Source of the DNA: Halobacteriovoraceae bacterium
GTDB taxonomy: Bacteria > Bdellovibrionota > Bacteriovoracia > Bacteriovoracales > Bacteriovoracaceae
Assembly: GCA_963719505.1 (NCBI GenBank)
Contig: CAVRCF010000005.1
Coordinates: 480,001 to 544,000, forward strand
Direction of reading: 5' to 3'
DNA: 64,000 bases
The notes under the pieces were generated by a model. That model made no database searches. It was not told the DNA's origin and saw nothing but the letters and a program-made list of their open reading frames with translations. Each line of letters opens with the position of its first letter. Positions within the stretch are counted from its first letter, which is position 1. Of the stretch, positions 57,745-64,000 are shown in pieces. The translations under genes were made by a program, and so were the position numbers.

Positions 57745-59076
57745 ATGTTAATAAAAAAAACGATTCGAAGCATACCGGAGCTCAAAGAACATATACTGAC
57801 CCACGCACCAAGTTTTTACTTCTCCTCGCAAACCTCGACAGTCGTGCCTTACGATAAGCTTGAAAAGATCTTCAGTGGTGATAAAGACTATGTCCTATGT
57901 GACCTGTCTCAAATGCCGACAAAAATGACCTTAAAAGACAACGGCAACCTTCATATGGTTGGCGGTGTTAGCTGGAAAGAGGCCCGAGAGTTTCTTAAAA
58001 CAAAAAACCGCACGATTAAAACAGCTCCCACGGAAGAGCTTGCCCTTATTTCAGCTGGAGCAGCCACTAGTTGCACTGGAGAGAGGTGTTTTAAGTTTGG
58101 AAACTTGAGGTCCCAAATAACGGCTTTAAAATACATAAACTATAAAGGCGAAGAAATCACACTGAGCAGCGATCAGGAAATTGAACAAGACCTTACCCAC
58201 TTAAAAAGTTATCAAACTGACTTCTCCCATTACGAAGAATATAAAAATGCTCCCTACCCAAGATTTGAAAAAGAAATTGATCTCATGATTGGAACAGAGG
58301 GACAACTCGGTGTCATTACAGAAATAGAGATCGAAACCACCGAAGATGTGAATGTGAACCATCTCTTTATGCTGCTTCCAAAATGGGAAGACAATACGGA
58401 CCTTCACTTAGAAGTCGCTCGCAAAGTACAGTCATTTAGAGAGGATATTATTCTTTGTGAGTTTATTGACTCAAATGCCTTTAGCTTTTTAAAAGAAGAA
58501 GACAGACCAAACAATGGAAAAGATGCTCTCTTTTTTGAAATCATCACTGATTCTTTTGAAAAAGTGTATGAAGAATTTATCTCGAATATTGAAGGTGTCA
58601 ATGAAGAAGAAATCTTTGAATTAACAGCAACAAAATTTCACGCATTAAGGGCTTCAATTCCAAGAGCCGTTTTTGAAGAAAACTCAAAAATGGGAGTGAC
58701 TAAAATGGGCACTGACGTCCAAGTCAGTATCGAAAACTTCGAAAGCCTTTTTGATATCTATAAAAGCTTTACCAAAATCGGCGTTCGCTATAATCTCTTT
58801 GGACACTTCGGCGATGCTCATCTTCATTTTAATTTTATGCCCACAGATAAAGATGTAAGCTTGTGCCAAAAAGAGTTTGAAAAACTTTATAAAAAGGTCG
58901 TTGAACTCAAAGGATCTCCTTTCGCAGAACACGGCATTGGGATAATCAAACAAAAATACATCACTGATTTTTGGAGTGAAAACCAAACGAACCTCTTTAA
59001 AGAATTAAAAAAGAAACATGATCCCTATAACCAGTTCTTTCCTCAAGGCTTCATGACACTTGTGGCAAGTTTATGA
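57745..59076 (+). CDS. FAD-binding oxidoreductase (GlcD/VAO family)
   Basis: IGTEGQLGVITE, GHFGDAHLH and AEHGIG. Confidence 0.85.
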   Translation: MLIKKTIRSIPELKEHILTHAPSFYFSSQTSTVVPYDKLEKIFSGDKDYVLCDLSQMPTKMTLKDNGNLHMVGGVSWKEAREFLKTKNRTIKTAPTEELALISAGAATSCTGERCFKFGNLRSQITALKYINYKGEEITLSSDQEIEQDLTHLKSYQTDFSHYEEYKNAPYPRFEKEIDLMIGTEGQLGVITEIEIETTEDVNVNHLFMLLPKWEDNTDLHLEVARKVQSFREDIILCEFIDSNAFSFLKEEDRPNNGKDALFFEIITDSFEKVYEEFISNIEGVNEEEIFELTATKFHALRASIPRAVFEENSKMGVTKMGTDVQVSIENFESLFDIYKSFTKIGVRYNLFGHFGDAHLHFNFMPTDKDVSLCQKEFEKLYKKVVELKGSPFAEHGIGIIKQKYITDFWSENQTNLFKELKKKHDPYNQFFPQGFMTLVASL

Positions 59077-59822
59077 AATTTCTTCTCTTTCTTTTTAGCT
59101 TAAATGCCATTGCTGGCTTTGATCTCTCTTTGGGCACTAGCTTTAGAAGTTATCCTGCCATTGGAGCAGAAATAAACGCAGAAGCTGGATTCAATCAACT
59201 GCTTTGGGGCGAGGTTGATAAAGAGAAACCTTTTTATGGCTTTATTAGACCTGCATTATCTCTGTCAAGTAGTGTTGTGGTAAATAATTACGACGCACGA
59301 ATTGAATTTAATCCCATCTCATTTGTCAGTTTTGTTAGAGGCTATAAACATGTCACCTCAAAGTTTGATGAGTTCTCATTTTACGAATGTCGTAAAGTAC
59401 GATGTACCGGTGATATGAAAAGAGACTATTCAAAACTCAAGTTTGCCCTAGGAAGTCATGGTCTTTTAACTGTGGTTGAACTTGGGATGTATAATAATGA
59501 ATATACCGGCAGCACAGATGAGCAAGTTGCAGAGTTTCGCTTCGCAACCCTTGCAGACTCTCAAAGCGATTCTATGTACCATTCAAGATATGTCTTAGGT
59601 CTAAAGCACGATACAGGCCTCTATGGTCTAATGGCCGACCACACTCTTCTCAATGGCTCAGGTGATACCTATAATATGGATCTGTTTATCTATACGACTA
59701 AAATAGAGAGGTCACTCTATACATTTGGCTTGGGGCAGTTTTATACATCTCAAGTTGATAAAGGCATCATTGCTGTTTTTCAAATGAGAACACAGTTTAT
59801 TGAGGGAATGAATCTTTTTTAA
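59073..59822 (+). CDS. Secreted / outer-membrane hypothetical protein
   Basis: Signal peptide, beta-rich, C-terminal Phe. Confidence 0.6.
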   Translation: MKFLLFLFSLNAIAGFDLSLGTSFRSYPAIGAEINAEAGFNQLLWGEVDKEKPFYGFIRPALSLSSSVVVNNYDARIEFNPISFVSFVRGYKHVTSKFDEFSFYECRKVRCTGDMKRDYSKLKFALGSHGLLTVVELGMYNNEYTGSTDEQVAEFRFATLADSQSDSMYHSRYVLGLKHDTGLYGLMADHTLLNGSGDTYNMDLFIYTTKIERSLYTFGLGQFYTSQVDKGIIAVFQMRTQFIEGMNLF

Positions 59823-60106
59823 AATGTACCTGGGCAGTCTGAATTATTAAAAAGGATTTCTCTGTCCTCTTCAGCGCACTGGTTGTTTAAATTATTATCT
59901 CTAAGGGCAAGACAGATTTTATCAAAAGTACTTTCTTTTTGCTCTCCTGTAGTGCAATCCACTTCAGTCAGCTCATATTGATAGAGCTCAGTTACTGCAG
60001 AGTCGACTTGCGCTTCTTGAATTTCTACCTGTGATGAAAACGGGTTAGCCTCTTGCCCACAAGAGATTAAGGTCAATGAAAATAAGGCCAAGATAAGAAC
60101 TTTCAT
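59819..60106 (-). CDS. Small Cys-containing lipoprotein
   Basis: LISC lipobox; CTTG...C..L.....N..CA...R......C. Confidence 0.7.
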   Translation of the reverse strand: MKVLILALFSLTLISCGQEANPFSSQVEIQEAQVDSAVTELYQYELTEVDCTTGEQKESTFDKICLALRDNNLNNQCAEEDREILFNNSDCPGTF

Positions 60107-60179
60107 ACTCTTATTAGAGCAAGTAAGATGCCAGTATCTTCGTCCTAATTTCAAGGTCTTAGACGATAGAACTGTTGAA

Positions 60180-61217
60180 TTATTTTACACAGTCTATATC
60201 TTTGCCATTGTGAAAATCGATCACTTCTTCAACTGTACATACTTTATGACCATTATCTAACAGATGATCCATTGTCATTGCCGAGGCAATAACTGATTGA
60301 CTGTGAATATCATGATAGAGGATGATTCCTGAATTCTTAGGAGTCAGCTTCATCTGTTTTATCACCCTATTGAGAATGCTTTGTGGATCTTTATCTTTCC
60401 AATCAAGCGTATCTATATTCCAAAAGATATGAATAAATTTATTTTTTGCGATGACTTTTCTTAAGGTGTTATTTCTCATTCCAGAGCCAAAAGGAAGTCT
60501 AAAGGTAGTGGTATTAACATTTAAAAGCTTTTCTAGATCTGCTTTTGCCGAGGTAATTTCGTATTCTAAAGTTGAAGAATTAGCTTTATTTAAGTCTGGA
60601 TGAGTATAACTATGAAGAGCAATATTCATGCCTGAATCGACCACATACTTTGCCGTTTCAGGATATTTTTTTGCTTGAGAAGTAAGCATGTAAAAGGTTG
60701 CTTTAATGCCTCTTTGGTAGAGATTATCTACAACAGTTTTTGTTTTCGATCCTCTGGGTCCGTCATCAAAGGTTAATGACCAGACTTTTGTTGGAAAGGT
60801 ATTCCCTGTAAGGTTTCCAGAAGTCGTCGTTGAAGGAAATAAAACACTCCCCTCACTTTTTAAGACATCGTCTCTTTGAGCTTTAATCAAATGGGCATGA
60901 GCTGTGATGTCTTGAACAACTTTTGCGTATAGTTTTGAATTGGTAATCTTAAGTAAAGAGAGATCTTTGGACTCGAAATTTTCTCTTTTTTCAATATAGC
61001 TTCGAGCGCTCAATATTTTAGCATAGAGGTGGGTGTTTAATATTGAGTCATCGCTTTTGGTCACAAGGCGTCTATCAAGTTCAGCATCAAACTGATCGAT
61101 TAGCTGATCGACATAAAGAGATGCATATCCTTTTTCAATAGTTTGTTCAAAGGGCTTTTGCTCTTGGGCCCACGCTAGTGAACTCAATATGGCCAGAGGT
61201 AGTATAAGTGACTTCAT
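60180..61217 (-). CDS. Secreted polysaccharide (peptidoglycan) deacetylase, CE4
   Basis: Signal peptide from MKSLILP; TFDDGP, HSYTH, RLPFG, DTLDW and LYHD. Confidence 0.9.
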   Translation of the reverse strand: MKSLILPLAILSSLAWAQEQKPFEQTIEKGYASLYVDQLIDQFDAELDRRLVTKSDDSILNTHLYAKILSARSYIEKRENFESKDLSLLKITNSKLYAKVVQDITAHAHLIKAQRDDVLKSEGSVLFPSTTTSGNLTGNTFPTKVWSLTFDDGPRGSKTKTVVDNLYQRGIKATFYMLTSQAKKYPETAKYVVDSGMNIALHSYTHPDLNKANSSTLEYEITSAKADLEKLLNVNTTTFRLPFGSGMRNNTLRKVIAKNKFIHIFWNIDTLDWKDKDPQSILNRVIKQMKLTPKNSGIILYHDIHSQSVIASAMTMDHLLDNGHKVCTVEEVIDFHNGKDIDCVK

Positions 61218-61260
61218 AGAATAATCTCCTTGGAACAATGAGATTATCACGGCCTGTAAA

Positions 61261-62388
61261 TTATCTGGATTTTGACGACTGTTTTTGTAATAAATACAGG
61301 ACAATACCTTGAAAAATAAATCCCAGTGAAAATGCCATCTTGAGTCCAAAAGCGTCAGAGACAACGCCAAAAACCCCATGAATAATCATTATCATTCCAT
61401 TAACAAATTTCATCATCAGTGGAATGAGTTCATCCGCCTTCTCCTGATAGGTTTTACTGACCCACCCAAGCATACAGGGAAAAAAGAAAGACATCGACAG
61501 ACCACATAATGATAAGAAAAAAGGATGAATCCACATGCCAAGGGTAATGGCCAATACTGAAAGACCACTTGAGATCTTCAAAATAAGTAACTCATCTATC
61601 TTAATTTTAATAAAAGCAAAGCTCAAACGCCCAACAAGAAGAAATAAAAAGAACAAGCTTAAAAAAAGAGCAGACTTTCCCGGTTCAAGAAGCCACACTT
61701 TATTAATATAAATGACCATTCTCGTAGAAACTAAAATCTCTGACGAAACGTAAAGAGAAATCAAAATCCCTAAACGAAAGGAGGTGGATCTATCGACCAA
61801 AACTTCTGAGCTCACCTTAGGAGAAAAACTATCATTTTGGATAGGTAAAAAAACAATCAAAACAAGTGCGGCACAGGCACTCAAGACAAAGAAAAAGGAA
61901 TACCAAGAAAAGCCAAAGCCTAGGTAAAAACTCAAAACTAAAGGTGCTGTGAAAGATGCTAAGCCATACATTGCATGCAAGCCCGAGAAAATCATCTGCT
62001 TTTTATCATCTGGAACATTTCGCGACAGTATTAGATTGTTTCCAACAGACAGAAGTCCCACAGATAAACCCAGAATCAGACTTCCCAGCAAAAACATTTT
62101 AAAGCTCAATCCCTCGCCTGCACAATAACCATAAATTAAAGTTGAAATGACCAACAGAAATACGGAGAGCTTCATAGAGTTATTAACCCCAAAAGTTCTA
62201 AAAATGGTTCCCGAAAAAAGTGTCATCATAAAAGCAAAGCCAGATGACAAACTAAAAACAAGGGAACCTTGTGAATTACTTAGATCAAAGAAAGTTAAAA
62301 TTTCTGGGTAAAGAGGCCCTCGAGAATTATCGATTAAACCAAAGACGAAAAGCGAGAAATAGGAAAATAAAATTAAAGACCACTTCAT
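61261..62388 (-). CDS. MFS transporter (FucP/TsgA-like)
   Basis: About 12 TM segments, GP..P, LHAMYGL and LYVSSE. Confidence 0.8.
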   Translation of the reverse strand: MKWSLILFSYFSLFVFGLIDNSRGPLYPEILTFFDLSNSQGSLVFSLSSGFAFMMTLFSGTIFRTFGVNNSMKLSVFLLVISTLIYGYCAGEGLSFKMFLLGSLILGLSVGLLSVGNNLILSRNVPDDKKQMIFSGLHAMYGLASFTAPLVLSFYLGFGFSWYSFFFVLSACAALVLIVFLPIQNDSFSPKVSSEVLVDRSTSFRLGILISLYVSSEILVSTRMVIYINKVWLLEPGKSALFLSLFFLFLLVGRLSFAFIKIKIDELLILKISSGLSVLAITLGMWIHPFFLSLCGLSMSFFFPCMLGWVSKTYQEKADELIPLMMKFVNGMIMIIHGVFGVVSDAFGLKMAFSLGFIFQGIVLYLLQKQSSKSR

Positions 62389-62432
62389 AGAGACCAGTTT
62401 ATACTGATCTCTAAAGTGTACGTCTAGATTTT

Positions 62433-62564
62433 TTAACTATTGTTGATATTATTTTTCACTATAAGTCTCGCCTGCTTTTTAGCGAATCGATTGTAGTGAA
62501 TTAAAGAGCTTCCCAATCCTAAGAATACTAACATTAAGCCTAATACGTTAACATCTGTTTCCAT
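62433..62564 (-). CDS. Small 43-aa single-TM protein
   Basis: Not in the ORF track: METDVNVLGLMLVFLGLGSSLIHYNRFAKKQARLIVKNNINNS; GGAG RBS at 62571-62574. Confidence 0.6.
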   Translation of the reverse strand: METDVNVLGLMLVFLGLGSSLIHYNRFAKKQARLIVKNNINNS

Positions 62565-62569
62565 ACTTT

Positions 62570-62685
62570 TCTCCATAAAGTTTAGTGTCCTCGTGACGCG
62601 TTTATTACAATCTATAGACCTTCCTGGTCTATAAATCCCACTCCTTGGGAAGCTGTAGCGGCTACCATCCTAGTAACCCTCTTGC
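62570..62685 (-). ncRNA. Structured RNA with tandem AGGA-loop hairpins (CsrA/RsmA-binding leader or Csr/Rsm-like sRNA)
   Basis: Hairpins GGUUACU-AGGAU-GGUAGCC (62660-62678), UCCCA-AGGAG-UGGGA (62636-62650) and UAUAGACC-AGGAA-GGUCUAUA (62613-62633); further GGA at ~62590 and in the RBS. Confidence 0.65.
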
Positions 62686-62694
62686 CCCTATATG

Positions 62695-62712
62695 AAGCAC
62701 GAATCATGCCAA
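62695..62712 (-). promoter_or_regulatory. Sigma54 -24/-12 promoter
   Basis: TTGGCATGATTCGTGCTT: GG-N10-GC, close to TGGCACG-N4-TTGC. Confidence 0.75.
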
Positions 62713-62727
62713 GTTTTAAAATCATAT

Positions 62728-62740
62728 TATCAAGCACTTA
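62728..62740 (+). promoter_or_regulatory. IHF site
   Basis: TATCAAGCACTTA is an exact WATCAANNNNTTR match, at about -43 to -55 of the predicted sigma54 start. Confidence 0.6.
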
Positions 62741-62948
62741 GCTCTAACTATAATGATACTGGTGTCATAGGACCAATAAAACTGGAGCTCTTTTGGTGTT
62801 TCTAAACAATATTGGGTGATTTTTTTAGTCTACCTTAAAACTCTTGAAATCATCTTTTCGATATGTCACCATTTATAGGAAGCTTCGCCGCACGGAGTTT
62901 CAAGTGAAGAAAAGATTTTTTCACTCAAGCTTAAGGAGTATAAGCACT

Positions 62949-63173
62949 ATGAATTCTGCATCTTACTATCTCATGAAAAACGGTTTTATTTTACGTCTAG
63001 AAGAGCCCCTAGATCAAGCGGATGTTCCTCTACTCATCAAAGCAAATTTATTTGATAAAGAACAAGTAAATGCTTTAAATCAAGAACAAGCGAACTTTAG
63101 AGTTGCAATCTTTAGAGACGAAATCTTGGAACTACCTGAATATTCAGAAAGAGTTTTTGGACAAGTTTACTAA
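62949..63173 (+). CDS. Small hypothetical protein
   Basis: AAGGAG RBS before ATG 62949 (ORF open from 62844). Confidence 0.6.
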   Translation: MNSASYYLMKNGFILRLEEPLDQADVPLLIKANLFDKEQVNALNQEQANFRVAIFRDEILELPEYSERVFGQVY

Positions 63174-63201
63174 AAGTATATCTCATTTAAATTTTTAATT
63201 T

Positions 63202-63209
63202 GCCGATAA
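63202..63209 (+). promoter_or_regulatory. Possible sigma28 -10 element
   Basis: GCCGATAA 7 nt before the ATG; weak -35 (TCAT at 15-nt spacing). Confidence 0.4.
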
Positions 63210-63216
63210 GGTAGAC

Positions 63217-63882
63217 ATGAAGTTAATCCTCTTAACATTGCTCATGTCCCTTTCGGCACGCTCTTTTGACCTTTTACCACATTGTAAAATCGAGGGAAAC
63301 CAACAGAATATATCTTGTGAACACAAAACTAATAGCAAAGAAATTAACGACCTAATCGCTGTTATTATTGGCACAGAATATAAAGATCTTATTGAGGATT
63401 ACACGCAAGGAAGAATACAGACAAGGATTTTTAAAAGCGATAATTACTATTTAAAAACTTCATTTAAACTGTCCCATATTCTTAAAAATGAGCGCACCTA
63501 CTTCATCGATTTAAACGAAAACCTTTTTGATTGCTCTCCTGACTATCAGTCTTTAAAAGCAATTTTAACCCATGAAATACAACATCTATCAGACTACAAA
63601 AAAATGAACGTCGCCAAGCTAATCCAGTTAGGCGCAAAGATGCTTTCGCGAAAAGGTCGCTCAAAATACGAAAGAGAAACTGACTTTAAAGTGTTGGAAA
63701 AAAAACAAGCAGTTGGTATTAGAGGCTATCGAAAATGGATATACGAAAGGCTTGATGACAAAGGATTAAAATTCAAGAGATGCTTTTATTACACCCCTGA
63801 GGAGATTGACCGCTATATCTCTGGGGAGAGAGATTTTAATGATTACTATGAAAAGTACTGTAAAAATATCAGAAAGAAATAA
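63217..63882 (+). CDS. Secreted HExxH zinc metallopeptidase-like protein
   Basis: Signal peptide; AILTHEIQH...YERETD. Confidence 0.75.
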   Translation: MKLILLTLLMSLSARSFDLLPHCKIEGNQQNISCEHKTNSKEINDLIAVIIGTEYKDLIEDYTQGRIQTRIFKSDNYYLKTSFKLSHILKNERTYFIDLNENLFDCSPDYQSLKAILTHEIQHLSDYKKMNVAKLIQLGAKMLSRKGRSKYERETDFKVLEKKQAVGIRGYRKWIYERLDDKGLKFKRCFYYTPEEIDRYISGERDFNDYYEKYCKNIRKK

Positions 63883-64000
63883 TGTCAATTTTTAAGTTAG
63901 TTTTTATGGAGTCTTTAAATTTTACTTCAAGTTGAGCGCTCGCTTTTTCTTCAGCTTTAAAAATAATTTTATCGTCCGTTATATCAAAGCACTCAATGCT
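63869..64000 (-). CDS. 3' end of a gene entering from outside the window
   Basis: Open frame SIECFDITDDKIIFKAEEKASAQLEVKFKDSIKTNLKIDIISF then stop. Confidence 0.5.
   Translation of the reverse strand, partial: SIECFDITDDKIIFKAEEKASAQLEVKFKDSIKTNLKIDIISF

Noticed and set aside
471-58986. Many 60-120 aa antisense or out-of-frame ORFs in the ORF track
   Set aside because: They are nested within well-supported genes and have no recognisable motifs, so they were treated as shadow ORFs.
1-64000. CRISPR array, tRNA or rRNA
   Set aside because: No regularly spaced repeats, cloverleaf motifs or rRNA-like sequence were noticed in the short intergenic regions (by eye only).

Overview
AT-rich bacterial chromosomal window, probably from a predatory Bdellovibrionota (Bacteriovoracia/Halobacteriovorax-like) genome. 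This assignment is inferred from gene content, the many secreted orphan proteins and sigma28-type promoters, and was not checked by search. Most of the window is housekeeping: rpmB, rpmG (missed by the ORF track), a transketolase, lplA, pepN, a complete A2-type caa3 cytochrome c oxidase cluster, ampG, a two-subunit fumarate hydratase, an rlhA-like U32 protein, rluE, yciH and yaaA. Four accessory elements stand out. (1) An ~8.5 kb locus (13.4-21.9 kb) encodes three radical SAM enzymes with auxiliary Fe-S (twitch-like) domains. Two of them have the same two domains in opposite order, and one is fused to a degenerate GT2 domain. The locus also has a class-II glutaminase/PP-loop sugar amidotransferase fusion, a DPM-like GT2 and a GT-C-like membrane protein, and is a candidate undescribed surface-glycan tailoring system. 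(2) An unannotated minus-strand transcript (62.4-62.7 kb) has a sigma54 promoter, an IHF site and three consecutive AGGA-loop hairpins (CsrA/Rsm-type) leading into a 43-aa ORF. (3) An intact 1750-bp single-ORF IS66-family element has terminal inverted repeats and an 8-bp target-site duplication. (4) A nucleosidase gene is paired with a spore-photoproduct-lyase-like gene. No tRNA, rRNA or CRISPR array was seen. All functional calls come from motif recognition by eye.
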